Both the position numbers and the translations under genes were made by a program. A stretch of 64,000 bases of DNA, taken from positions 1 to 64,000 of the forward strand of contig JBHLPH010000007.1 in assembly GCA_048939625.1 (NCBI GenBank). Direction: 5' to 3'. This document shows, in pieces, positions 1-9,437 of this stretch. Under the pieces are notes generated by a model. The model ran no database searches and was not told the DNA's origin. It saw only the letters and a program-made list of their open reading frames with translations. Origin of the DNA: Promethearchaeota archaeon. GTDB lineage: Archaea; Asgardarchaeota; Hermodarchaeia; Hermodarchaeales; Hermodarchaeaceae. Position 1 is the first letter of the stretch; each line of letters starts with the position of its first letter.

Positions 1-845
1 ATATCGTCGCCCACGCGTTGAAAGGTCTTATCTGGCTCCACATGAACAACAACATACAAGTCACCAGGCCTTCCTCCAGCCTGAGAGGCTCCCTGGTCTT
101 TTAACCGGAGCATTGAACCCGATTCCACACCCGGAGGGATTTGAACTCGGATACTCCGTTTTTCTTGAACCGTTCGTTTCCCCCTACACTTCGAGCAAGG
201 TGTTTCAACAATTTGACCTTGCCCCTGACAATCAGGACAAGTACCAACACGGATAACCTGTCCAAACATCGTCTGCTGGACCTGTCGCAACTCACCGCGT
301 CCATGACAACGCGAACATGTATTCATAGGGGTTCCAGGTTCACCACCAGTTCCCCCGCATTGTGGACACTGTTCATCACGCTTTAGATTGATTTCCCTTT
401 CCACACCCGTGGCTGCTTCTTTCAAGGATATTTTCATGTCATAACGCAGGTCAATCGCTTGCTCTTGGCGTGCTGATCTCCTCCCCCCTCGGCCCATAAG
501 GAAATCGAAGATGCTTCCGAAACCTCCCAGTCCTCCACCAAGTCCGAAACTTCTCAGGATGTCTTCGAAGTTAATTCCACCAAAAATGTCCTCAGCACTA
601 TAACGACCACTTATTCCAGCATGACCAAACTGGTCATATTGTCGTCGTTTATTCTCATCCGAAAGGATAGCATACGCTTCTGAGACTTCCTTGAATTTAT
701 TGGCCGCATCTGGCTCTTTATTCCGGTCGGGATGATATTTGAGCGCAAGTTTACGGTAAGCACTTCTAATTTCAGCCTGTGTAGCTTTCCGATCTACACC
801 TAGCACTTCATAATAGTCGCGTTTCTGATTGCTACCATAACTCAC
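1..845 (-). CDS. dnaJ: Chaperone DnaJ (3' end runs off the window)
   Basis: Manual translation from GTG at 845: [22 protein letters not shown]...KYHPDRN (J-domain HPD), G/F-rich linker, repeated CxxCxGxG zinc motifs; directly downstream of dnaK. Absent from the ORF track because it is truncated. Confidence 0.96.
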   Translation of the reverse strand, partial: MSYGSNQKRDYYEVLGVDRKATQAEIRSAYRKLALKYHPDRNKEPDAANKFKEVSEAYAILSDENKRRQYDQFGHAGISGRYSAEDIFGGINFEDILRSFGLGGGLGGFGSIFDFLMGRGGRRSARQEQAIDLRYDMKISLKEAATGVEREINLKRDEQCPQCGGTGGEPGTPMNTCSRCHGRGELRQVQQTMFGQVIRVGTCPDCQGQGQIVETPCSKCRGKRTVQEKRSIRVQIPPGVESGSMLRLKDQGASQAGGRPGDLYVVVHVEPDKTFQRVGDD

Positions 846-941
846 ACTAATACACCGTAAATGGGTATCCGAAACTAAACTTCGCTTTTATTTGTTCTGC
901 CTGAACCGACGTGGGCTCTGCATTATTGATGGAAGTCTAAG

Positions 942-2843
942 CTATTTTTTGTCTTCGTCGTCGACAACTTCGTAATCGGCGTCTACAACTTTTTCTTTGC
1001 CTTTCTTCTTCTTTTTGGACTTGGAATCTGATTCATCAGCAACGCCTTCTTGGGCCTGAGCACGTGCTTGTTCTTCAGCAACCTGTTGATAGACAGCTGT
1101 TCCCACACCCTGTAAAATATCAGTAAGGGTTTCCATTTCTTGTTTAGCCGTGGCTAAATCCTTGTCTTGCACTGCCTTTTCCAGCCGGTTTGCAGCCTCT
1201 TCGATTTTCTCCTTGTCCTCTGCACTGATTTTATCTCCCAGTTCTTTGATGGTCTTTCGAGCAGAATAGACAAGCGCTTCCGCCTTGTTCAGTTCTTCGA
1301 CTTCTTCACGATACCGCTTATCTTCTTCTTCATATTTCTCTGCATCAGCGACCATCTTTTCCTTTTGATTTTCAGTTAATTTTGTGGATGCTGAGATTGT
1401 GATTTTTTGTTCATTCCCGGTGCCTAGGTCTTTAGCCTTCACGTGGAGTATACCGTTAACATCAATATCAAAAGTAACCTCGATTTGTGGCACTCCCATG
1501 GGTGCTGGTGGAATTCCGGTGAGGTTAAACTGGCCTAATGAGATGTTTTGGCTGGCTCTAGAGCGCTCACCTTGGAGGACATGAATGGTGACTACGGTTT
1601 GCATGTTCGCAGCTGTACTGAAGATTTGACTGCGCTCAACAGGAATAGTTGTATTGCGTTCAATGATAGGCGTCATGATGTCTCCCTTCGTTTCAACGCC
1701 TAACGAGAGGGGAGTGACGTCAAGGAGAAGTAGGTCTTTCACGTCGCCAGTAATAACGCCACCTTGGATTGCTGCACCAAGGGCAACTGCTTCCATTGGG
1801 TCGACACCTCTTTCTGCCTTCTTACCAATGAACTTCTCAACGTATTGGCGGACGATGGGCATTCGTGTCGGTCCACCAATGAGTATAATCTTGTCAACTT
1901 CATTCGGTCGAAGTTTGGCGTCACTGATGGCTTGTCTCATGGGGCCATCGCACCGATTGACTATATCACGAACGAGATCCTCGAGTTTAGCCCGTGTGAG
2001 TTTTCTTTGCAAATGTTTAGGTCCACTTTTATCAGCTGTCAGATATGGCAGGTTGATTTCCGTTTCAATCACATTGGATAATTCGATTTTGGCTTTTTCT
2101 GAAGCCTCAAGCAAACGTCGCCATGCCGTTGGATCATCATGGAGATCCATCCCGTGTTCTCCTTTGAATTCATCGGCTAACCATTCAGCAATCGAGAGAT
2201 CCATGTCTGTTCCGCCCAGTTGGGTATCCCCGGCTGTGGATACAACCTGGAATAACCCGCTTCCGGTATCTGGGTCTGGGCCGAATTCCATGATGGTGAC
2301 ATCCAAGGTGCCACCTCCAAGATCAAATACAAGGATTCGGAGTTCCTGATCTAGTTTATCAATACCATAAGCGAGTGAGGCTGCTGTTGGTTCGTTGATT
2401 AGTCGAACAACCTCTAATCCGGCTAGTTCTCCTGCATCTTTCGTGGCCTGTCGTTGATTATCATTAAAGTACGCAGGTACTGTTATCACAGCTTGTGAAA
2501 CTGGTTCTCCAAGAAAGGCTTCAGCATCAGTTTTAATTTTACGAAGGATAAATGAGGATACTTCCTCGGGGGTGAAGGTCTTATCGCGGATTTTAACTTT
2601 CTTGCGGGTTCCCATTTTGCGCTTCACAGCTGTAACAGTTCCTTCGGGATTTGCTACCGCCTGGCGACGAGCTGGTTCGCCAACCAGTCGTGTTCCATCT
2701 TCAGCGATAGCTACATAGGATGGAAAGGCTTTACCGGATACAGTGGGTCCTTCAGCGCTGGGAACAATGATGGGACGCTCGCCGCGCATCACAGCAGCGG
2801 CTGAGTTGCTTGTTCCCAAATCAATTCCAATTATTTTCGCCAT
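942..2843 (-). CDS. dnaK: Chaperone DnaK (Hsp70)
   Basis: [38 protein letters not shown] and [12 protein letters not shown] motifs. Confidence 0.99.
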   Translation of the reverse strand: MAKIIGIDLGTSNSAAAVMRGERPIIVPSAEGPTVSGKAFPSYVAIAEDGTRLVGEPARRQAVANPEGTVTAVKRKMGTRKKVKIRDKTFTPEEVSSFILRKIKTDAEAFLGEPVSQAVITVPAYFNDNQRQATKDAGELAGLEVVRLINEPTAASLAYGIDKLDQELRILVFDLGGGTLDVTIMEFGPDPDTGSGLFQVVSTAGDTQLGGTDMDLSIAEWLADEFKGEHGMDLHDDPTAWRRLLEASEKAKIELSNVIETEINLPYLTADKSGPKHLQRKLTRAKLEDLVRDIVNRCDGPMRQAISDAKLRPNEVDKIILIGGPTRMPIVRQYVEKFIGKKAERGVDPMEAVALGAAIQGGVITGDVKDLLLLDVTPLSLGVETKGDIMTPIIERNTTIPVERSQIFSTAANMQTVVTIHVLQGERSRASQNISLGQFNLTGIPPAPMGVPQIEVTFDIDVNGILHVKAKDLGTGNEQKITISASTKLTENQKEKMVADAEKYEEEDKRYREEVEELNKAEALVYSARKTIKELGDKISAEDKEKIEEAANRLEKAVQDKDLATAKQEMETLTDILQGVGTAVYQQVAEEQARAQAQEGVADESDSKSKKKKKGKEKVVDADYEVVDDEDKK

Positions 2844-2877
2844 TTTTCATCAACTCGTTGTCAATTATCTTCATATG

Positions 2878-3528
2878 TTATTTTTTCTTTGATTCGTTTT
2901 CGACCGATAATTTTGCTTCGGTCTTCGGAGATGGAGCAGGTGCAATCGCAATCTTCACCATGGAGGGTCGCAGCAATGCTCCCTTCAAGAGATAGCCTCT
3001 ACGTAATTCTTCAATGACCGTGTTTGGCAGGTGGGCTGTGGACTCTTCTCGGACCACCGCTTCATGACGTAGGGGATCAAAAGGCTTACCAATGCATTCA
3101 ATTACTTTGACGCCAGCATTCGTTAACGCCGATTTCAGATTGGTCACTAGCATGGCTAATCCTTCAATGAAGGGGTTGTTTACTTCAATCTGGGGAACCA
3201 TGAGTTGGGCACGTTCTAAATCATCAAGAATCGGTAAAAACGCTAGAAGGAGCTCTCGATTTGCTTGGAGCCGGAGATTTGTTTCGCGACGTTCCATCGA
3301 TTTTACGTAATTTTCATGATCAGCTTGTATGTATGCGAGCTGGGTCTTATACTTCTGAATCTGTGCTTGGGCTTCTTCCAAGGCTTTTTGTAACTGTTTT
3401 TTCGTTATGGGTCTAGGTTTTGTGGGTTCCTTGGGGGCGGTCTCTGCAGAGGCTGATTCATCAGCTATCCTTTTCTCACCTTCTTTGGCTTCTGGTGGTT
3501 TACCGGCGTTTTTCGGTATATCCGTCAC
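2878..3528 (-). CDS. grpE: Nucleotide exchange factor GrpE
   Basis: LPILDDLERA, FDPLRHEAV, GYLLKGALLRPSMVKIA; adjacent to dnaK. Confidence 0.97.
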   Translation of the reverse strand: MTDIPKNAGKPPEAKEGEKRIADESASAETAPKEPTKPRPITKKQLQKALEEAQAQIQKYKTQLAYIQADHENYVKSMERRETNLRLQANRELLLAFLPILDDLERAQLMVPQIEVNNPFIEGLAMLVTNLKSALTNAGVKVIECIGKPFDPLRHEAVVREESTAHLPNTVIEELRRGYLLKGALLRPSMVKIAIAPAPSPKTEAKLSVENESKKK

Positions 3529-3868
3529 GAACTGAGTCCTCCTGATGCATTATTGTGCAGCCAATTATTGCTGCTGGTGAGAGGTTGGTGCTGAAATTTG
3601 GTTACCCTATCTAGTCTGTAATCAAAGTTTAAGATTTCTAGACTCTCCTCGGGTGGTCCAGCAGCTCACGAAAATTCGAATTGACAATAAAAAATTTTCG
3701 GAGCCGCTTAGTTTGAACCACCTGAACACGGAAGGAATGTGTTCAATGAGGTAACCTCCAACATAATTTATAATTTTATTTATTTTCTCAAAAGAAAATT
3801 AGAACAGCCAATGCGCTAACCACCAATTGAGGTCATTGATTGGCTGTCAGTTAATGAAATATTGATTC

Positions 3869-4288
3869 TTAGAGGAAAGTGTCTAATGCGGCTTTCAGGG
3901 GTTGATAGCCAACACCACCAACAACGCGGTGCACCATCACTCCGTCCTTGAAGATGCCAAAGGTGGGAACACCTTGTACGCGATACCGCATTGCAATCTC
4001 AATATTGTGGTCCACATCCAATTTTGCGACCTTTGCTTGCCCAGCATATTCTTGAGCAAGTTTCTCCACGACGGGAGCCATCATTTGGCAGGGCCCACAC
4101 CAGTCCGCATAAAAATCAACGAGGGTTACGCCGTCTTTTACGGCCTCATCGAATTCGGCGGTGGAAAGGTGGAGCACTTTTCCGGGTATTATTTTTGGGG
4201 TTTCTGTTTGTGTTGCCATTGTATTTTGTAACTCCTTGAGTTTTTGTTCACGTAAACGTGCTAATTCTGGATCGGGATTATCACTCAT
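3869..4288 (-). CDS. trxA: Thioredoxin
   Basis: DFYADWCGPC active site; cis-Pro GVPT. Confidence 0.96.
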   Translation of the reverse strand: MSDNPDPELARLREQKLKELQNTMATQTETPKIIPGKVLHLSTAEFDEAVKDGVTLVDFYADWCGPCQMMAPVVEKLAQEYAGQAKVAKLDVDHNIEIAMRYRVQGVPTFGIFKDGVMVHRVVGGVGYQPLKAALDTFL

Positions 4289-4515
4289 TGTGAGTCCTCC
4301 TCTCCATGGTTGTGTGAGGGATTAGTGCAGCCTTCACCATGACAACTGCGTCCACTCACGAATCCTGGGACGATGTATGCAGCGATCAAAAAGACTAAGC
4401 CGATGATGGCTAGCCATGGAATGGCTATTGTGACGCTGAGTAAGACGAGTGCTAGACCTGTTATGACCATGGCGATTCCAGTCTTGGTACAGAAGGGACA
4501 GCCAATTGATGCCAT
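4285..4515 (-). CDS. Small two-TM membrane protein with N-terminal CxxC and C-terminal Cys/His tail
   Basis: CPFC, two hydrophobic helices, CHGEGC..HNH tail; ATGA overlap with trxA; GGTGA RBS. Confidence 0.75.
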   Translation of the reverse strand: MASIGCPFCTKTGIAMVITGLALVLLSVTIAIPWLAIIGLVFLIAAYIVPGFVSGRSCHGEGCTNPSHNHGEEDSQ

Positions 4516-4634
4516 TATAGTTCACCGTCCATTATACTGCAAAAGGATCTTTATCCTTATTGTGCAGTTCTAAAGTTGGTGTATGGTGAATCCCCTAAAA
4601 AGATATCGATTGTGCCACAACAGTGCACAACCAC

Positions 4635-4988
4635 CTATGTGGTTTTTTCCGATTTTGCCCAATACTGATCCAGGAATTCTTCAATTTGCTGATAGAAGGT
4701 ATCAAGGGCGCCTTTAATCAAATCTTTCATTGTGGCGAGATTAACTGCCTCGTACACGTATTCGTAGCCGCCTTTACGTAATGTTCGGGTTCGGCGGTGG
4801 GCAAATCCTCGTTGTACAAGGTTCTGTATAGCACGTTGAACAGAGCTCCGATTGCTTCTGAGGGCTGTAGCAACCTCTTTCACGGTGGCTTGTCCTTTTA
4901 GAAGGTTGAAGTAGACATCGATTTCAAGTGTGCGGAGGCCGAGAAAACAATGCATGACGTCGCTGACCTCAACATTTTGACCTGTCAT
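4635..4988 (-). CDS. Stand-alone TrmB-family HTH regulator, OxsR-like
   Basis: VMHCFLGL..EIDVYFNLL, HTH NRSSVQRAIQNL, wing GGYEYVY. Start moved from 5132 to the ATG at 4988, which follows a GGTG RBS. Confidence 0.85.
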   Translation of the reverse strand: MTGQNVEVSDVMHCFLGLRTLEIDVYFNLLKGQATVKEVATALRSNRSSVQRAIQNLVQRGFAHRRTRTLRKGGYEYVYEAVNLATMKDLIKGALDTFYQQIEEFLDQYWAKSEKTT

Positions 4989-5179
4989 GATTCGTTGGAC
5001 ACCAAGCATTGCCATTTTTTTTATCACATTCTGGTGTTTATGGTTGAGTATGTTTTTGATGGAATAAGAGTGTTGTGGACGGTTGAGCCACATTTTATAA
5101 CAACTCATGGACGCCTTATTAATTCTATCCACGATAGAAGCATAAGATAAAATACTTCTTCTGGTAAAGCGGGGGGCTA

Positions 5180-6091
5180 ATGTCTGATGTTCATGGCTTC
5201 CAAGTACAGCTTGAAAGACCGTTTGATTTGGATACGACAGTTGATAGTTGGATTTATGCCGATGTTCAGCCGGTCCCTGAGTACAAACGACCGGGGGATT
5301 TTGCTCGCTGTCTTTCTATTAATAACAATTTAGTTCCTGTGCGCGTCATCCAACTACAAAAGGGGAAGCAGCCAACGTTGCAAGTGCAATGGCCTGCTCA
5401 ATATGGTGGGGATCATAGAGCTATCACAGCTCGAATAGAATGGCTTCTGGGTTGGGATATTGATACCCGACCTATTCTTTCAGCGATGAAAAAAGACCCT
5501 GTGATTGCGCATCTGGAAAAACCGTTGCGCGGGCTACGTCCTTTTAGTCAGCCCACATTCTTTGAAGCAATTGTGAAAGCGATAATTCAACAACAGGTGA
5601 GTTTTCGATCTGCTAATCAAGTGACCAGACGTCTCGTGTTAGAATATGGGCCACGTTGCCAAATTGGTGAAGAGCAATTATTTGGGTTTCCTTCTTTGGA
5701 AACTCTGCATGCCCTTCCTGATAGTAAATTACGTGCCTGTAAACTCGGATATAAAGTGCCATATTTGAAGAGTTTATTCAAGGCACTCTCCGATGGGTCA
5801 TTCAACTTAAAGGAACTTGCATTACTCGATACGCTTGCCGTTATTACTGAGCTTGATGCTCTTCAAGGAATAGGTCTCTGGACTGCTGAATTAGCAGTGT
5901 TAACAGGGTTACGTCGCCTTGAGGTGTTCCCTGCTGATGATTTAGGTATCCGCCAAATCATCTCTCAGCTCTACCTGCGTGGCAAACCAGCTAAACGATC
6001 AGATGTAGAAAATATTGCTGAACAATGGGGTTCAGCTAGGTCTTTGGTTTTGTATTTTTTGATGTGTGCTCAGGTATTGGGATTAGTGTAG
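5180..6091 (+). CDS. alkA: DNA-3-methyladenine glycosylase (AlkA/HhH-GPD family)
   Basis: FEAIVKAIIQQQVS, HhH LQGIGLWTAE, FPADDLGIR. Confidence 0.92.
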   Translation: MSDVHGFQVQLERPFDLDTTVDSWIYADVQPVPEYKRPGDFARCLSINNNLVPVRVIQLQKGKQPTLQVQWPAQYGGDHRAITARIEWLLGWDIDTRPILSAMKKDPVIAHLEKPLRGLRPFSQPTFFEAIVKAIIQQQVSFRSANQVTRRLVLEYGPRCQIGEEQLFGFPSLETLHALPDSKLRACKLGYKVPYLKSLFKALSDGSFNLKELALLDTLAVITELDALQGIGLWTAELAVLTGLRRLEVFPADDLGIRQIISQLYLRGKPAKRSDVENIAEQWGSARSLVLYFLMCAQVLGLV

Positions 6092-6126
6092 GCAGCGAAT
6101 AGGAAAAGCTAATACGATGTAAAGAC

Positions 6127-6148
6127 TTATATTTAGGCAAGCCTAAAT
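6127..6148 (+). promoter_or_regulatory. DtxR/IdeR/MntR-type operator overlapping a TATA-like box
   Basis: Perfect palindrome ATTTAGGC-AA-GCCTAAAT (6131-6148), abutting TTATAT (6127-6132) and 7 nt before the dtxR ATG; matches the TTAGG-Nx-CCTAA DtxR-family box. Confidence 0.88.
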
Positions 6149-6155
6149 TTGAATC

Positions 6156-6899
6156 ATGGCTCCTGCATCCCAAACCCAACCAGAAATCAGAAAAGAAGAA
6201 TCCAAATCAACCTCAAGTAATCCTAAATTTGATATACCAAATGCAACAATCGAGGAATATCTTGAAGCGATTTTTCGGCTCCTTCAAAATGATCAAGAGT
6301 ACGCAAAAACTGGAGAGTTAGCAGAAGTCCTCAATATTAAACCACCCAGCGTTACTCAAATGGTCCAAAAATTAGCAGAGAAAAAATACCTCAAATACGA
6401 AAAAAGTCGAGGTGTTCGGCTAACTGCAAAAGGGAGGAGGCTAGCGCTAGATGTGCTACGTCGTCATAGAATTGCAGAGCGATTATTAGTTGATTTGCTA
6501 GGAGTCAGCTGGGAAGAAGCCCATGATGTAGCTTGTGAGTGGGAACACCTTCTGACCCCAGAACTTTGTCAAAACGTCCTTGATAAACTTGAAGATCCTG
6601 CCACCTGCCCCCATGGAAATCCCATTCCGGAATCGGATGGAACCGTGACGCCAATATCTGAATTGACTCTGGCAGACCTTGAGCAGGGTGAAGTTGCGGT
6701 CATCGATTGTATTAGCGATGAGAATATTGATTTGCTTCGCATGATGTCTTCGATGGGAATGTTGCCTGGTGAAACAGTCCGGGTTATACAGGTTTCACCT
6801 GTCGGAGATACGCTTTTAATCGAATTGGGAACTGCCCACTTTGCCCTAAGTGCAGAACTAGCTAAACGTGTTCGAATCCGTCGCGATTTTGAGGAATAA
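6156..6899 (+). CDS. DtxR/IdeR-family metal-dependent repressor with C-terminal FeoA/SH3-like domain
   Basis: EEYLEAIF, RRHRIAERLL, ACEWEH, TCPHGNPIP, FeoA-like LRMMSSMGMLPG. Confidence 0.95.
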   Translation: MAPASQTQPEIRKEESKSTSSNPKFDIPNATIEEYLEAIFRLLQNDQEYAKTGELAEVLNIKPPSVTQMVQKLAEKKYLKYEKSRGVRLTAKGRRLALDVLRRHRIAERLLVDLLGVSWEEAHDVACEWEHLLTPELCQNVLDKLEDPATCPHGNPIPESDGTVTPISELTLADLEQGEVAVIDCISDENIDLLRMMSSMGMLPGETVRVIQVSPVGDTLLIELGTAHFALSAELAKRVRIRRDFEE

Positions 6900-6919
6900 T
6901 TCAGCGGGGTGGGTGATAT

Positions 6920-9109
6920 ATGAGAGGACCGTGGAAAGGTAAACGCCGTCGGACACCACGATTCAAAGAAAAAGATCAGCTGCGTATTGCCCTCGTAGGT
7001 CAACCCAATGTAGGAAAGAGCGTGATCTTCAACAACTGGACTGGCCTTGGTGCTATTGTTTCTAATTATCCTGGAACCACTGTTGAAATTCTCGAAGGTA
7101 AGGTCTTTCTTTCCCGTCACGATGTATACTCACCACAGTGGCACCCTGGAATCAAAAACTGGGATACTCCACAAGAAGGAGAAAAACCTAGACGACGGGG
7201 TCGGCGACGAAAAGGGTTTGGCTATCACATGAAACGATGGGCCAAAAAAGACTTCTTCGATGAAACTGAAGGTATTCGACTCGATATTGTGGATTTACCT
7301 GGTTCGTACACGGTTATTAGTCCGTCAACCGAAGATGAGAAGGTGACGCTTCGTTATTTACAGCAGGATACTCCTGATGTTATTGTTAACGTAATTGATG
7401 CAACTAACCTTCCTCGGAACTTACTTCTCACTACTGGTCTTTTAGAGTTTGACATTCCGATAGTCGTTTGTTTGAACCAAGTTGATCTAGCAAAACGGAT
7501 GGGTATAGAAATTGATGTTCAAAAACTTCAAGCTCTTCTCGGTGTACCGGTGATTCCTACAGTGGCAATACACGGAACCAATTTGACGCTTCTTCTTCGA
7601 ACCGCTGCAAAAACAGGGCTACAGGAAGGAACCCAACAGAATCCGCGCCGATTATTATTCCCAGATGGAATTGAAGCCAAACTTCGAACGTTGGAACAGC
7701 ATCTTGCAAAAATTCAGCTTTGTCCTCTGAATCTACCTCTCCGCATTGTTTCTCAACAATTACTTGAACGATACTCGCGCTGCGCTGAATGCGTTGAAAA
7801 CGCTCTAGACTCAGAAGATGCAGTAAAACTTGTTGACCAGATCCGCAATGAGATCGAACTAGAATTTGAGGCAGATGTCGTCTTAGTCCTAGGGGAAAAA
7901 AGGCAACAGTATGCTCTTTATCTCACCGAGCAAGTTCAATATGGGGAAGCTAAACGTGTTCCACTCACCGAAAAAATTTCCAACATACTTACCCATCGTA
8001 TACTAGGGCTGCCTTTAGCTATACTCGTTCTTATTGGTTCACTTCTTTTCATGTTTGCAATCGGATCAATCTTTGATGCTACTGTCGGAGAGTTCTGGGA
8101 AACCTTCATCAATCCTAACGCAGAATTCCTCATAACAACTTTTATCCCTTCTCCAATTATTCAGATTATCCTCTACTATGGTCTTGTGCTTGGAATCCAG
8201 GCTTGGCTCTTTATAGCGGTTCCATTCGTCGCTACTTTCTATATCATACTCTCCATCCTCGAAGATACCGGCTATCTCGCCCGCATTGCTTTCCTGTTGG
8301 ATGCATTCATGCATCGCCTTGGTCTTCATGGTCGTGCCATTATTCCACTACTTACTGGGATGGGTTGTAATGTACCAGCTGTACTTGGAACACGAATCCT
8401 AAACACTAGACGTGAGCGTCTTATTGCAGGATTTCTTGTTGTTCTTGTCCCTTGCTCTGCACAACTTGCAGTAGTTCTCGGCACGGTTGGCGTTTATGCA
8501 TCTGTCTGGCTTGCTTTCCTTATTCTTGGGATTGTATTCGCCATCATCATTGGTCTCGGAGCACTTCTCCAACACACCTTACCTGGAACTTCTCACGGGC
8601 TTGTGATGGAAATTCCTCCACTTAGGGCCCCACGCATTACACCAACCTTGAAAAAAACCTGGCTCCGGTTCCGAGAATTCGTTTACATTGCCCTTCCTCT
8701 AATTATCATTGGTGGAGCGATCCTAGGCTTGCTTCTATATTTTCCCACTCCTGATTTCTCTTATCTCCATATGGTAAGCATCTGGACTGCACCTTTAGTA
8801 GTTGGCTGGTTAGGACTACCACCTGAAACCGCTGCAGCTCTCGTTTATGGAATTCTACGAAAAGAGCTCACGGTTGAACTTCTCATCATTCTTGCAAATG
8901 GTCCCCTGAACACTTTCATGACCACTCGTCAACTCTTCGTTTTTGCCCTTATCACTACTCTCTATATTCCCTGTATCGCTACGGTTGCAGTGCTGGTACG
9001 TGAGTATCGCTGGAAATATACGCTCATCCTTGCTACAACCACGATCTTCCTTGCCTTCTTTGTTGGTGGCATCGCTAATTGGACGCTCATTGGACTGGGA
9101 TTTCCATAA
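6920..9109 (+). CDS. feoB: Ferrous iron transporter FeoB
   Basis: G1 GQPNVGKS, G2 NYPGTT, G3 DLPG, G4 NQVD; LEDTGYLAR, GMGCNVPA, VPCSAQ and YIPCIAT membrane motifs. Confidence 0.97.
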   Translation: MRGPWKGKRRRTPRFKEKDQLRIALVGQPNVGKSVIFNNWTGLGAIVSNYPGTTVEILEGKVFLSRHDVYSPQWHPGIKNWDTPQEGEKPRRRGRRRKGFGYHMKRWAKKDFFDETEGIRLDIVDLPGSYTVISPSTEDEKVTLRYLQQDTPDVIVNVIDATNLPRNLLLTTGLLEFDIPIVVCLNQVDLAKRMGIEIDVQKLQALLGVPVIPTVAIHGTNLTLLLRTAAKTGLQEGTQQNPRRLLFPDGIEAKLRTLEQHLAKIQLCPLNLPLRIVSQQLLERYSRCAECVENALDSEDAVKLVDQIRNEIELEFEADVVLVLGEKRQQYALYLTEQVQYGEAKRVPLTEKISNILTHRILGLPLAILVLIGSLLFMFAIGSIFDATVGEFWETFINPNAEFLITTFIPSPIIQIILYYGLVLGIQAWLFIAVPFVATFYIILSILEDTGYLARIAFLLDAFMHRLGLHGRAIIPLLTGMGCNVPAVLGTRILNTRRERLIAGFLVVLVPCSAQLAVVLGTVGVYASVWLAFLILGIVFAIIIGLGALLQHTLPGTSHGLVMEIPPLRAPRITPTLKKTWLRFREFVYIALPLIIIGGAILGLLLYFPTPDFSYLHMVSIWTAPLVVGWLGLPPETAAALVYGILRKELTVELLIILANGPLNTFMTTRQLFVFALITTLYIPCIATVAVLVREYRWKYTLILATTTIFLAFFVGGIANWTLIGLGFP

Positions 9110-9173
9110 ACTCTAAAAGGTGAAATATTAGTAAAAACAGACAACTCACACCAAACAATGGAGGTACAACATC

Positions 9174-9323
9174 ATGACGAATTACCGATGTCCAATGTGC
9201 GGAACAGTCTTCGAAAAGGCTCAAGCAACAGGATGCGCAGGTTGCATGATGGCCCGTGCATGCGGTGCCATAGCTTGCCCAAGTTGTGGATACGAATTTC
9301 CTGATGTACCTGAAGAAGCTTAG
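9174..9323 (+). CDS. 49-aa Cys-rich protein (FeoC-like / Fe-S or Zn binding), not in ORF track
   Basis: MTNYRCPMCGTVFEKAQATGCAGCMMARACGAIACPSCGYEFPDVPEEA; 7 Cys; GGAGGT RBS; follows feoB; T-rich tract downstream. Confidence 0.85.
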   Translation: MTNYRCPMCGTVFEKAQATGCAGCMMARACGAIACPSCGYEFPDVPEEA

Positions 9324-9437
9324 TTCTCTTTCAGGACATTTTCCAAATCATTTAATGGATTTACTAATTTTATCCGAAGGGTGCAACTGCTCCCTTCGAA
9401 GACTTTATTTTCATAGTCTTCTAAACCTTTTCAAGAG

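Noticed and set aside
3804-3847. SECIS downstream of thioredoxin
   Set aside because: The thioredoxin has WCGPC with Cys codons, and the hairpin lacks the tandem GA core
3529-3868. CIRCE element
   Set aside because: TTAGCACTC-N9-GAGTGCTAA is not present, and there is no hrcA in the window
4989-5132. N-terminal extension of the TrmB-like ORF in the track
   Set aside because: It runs through the AT-rich divergent promoter region; the RBS and family length favour ATG 4988
7112-7267. Intein or intron in feoB
   Set aside because: Too short, with no C/S...HN splice motifs; the frame is intact
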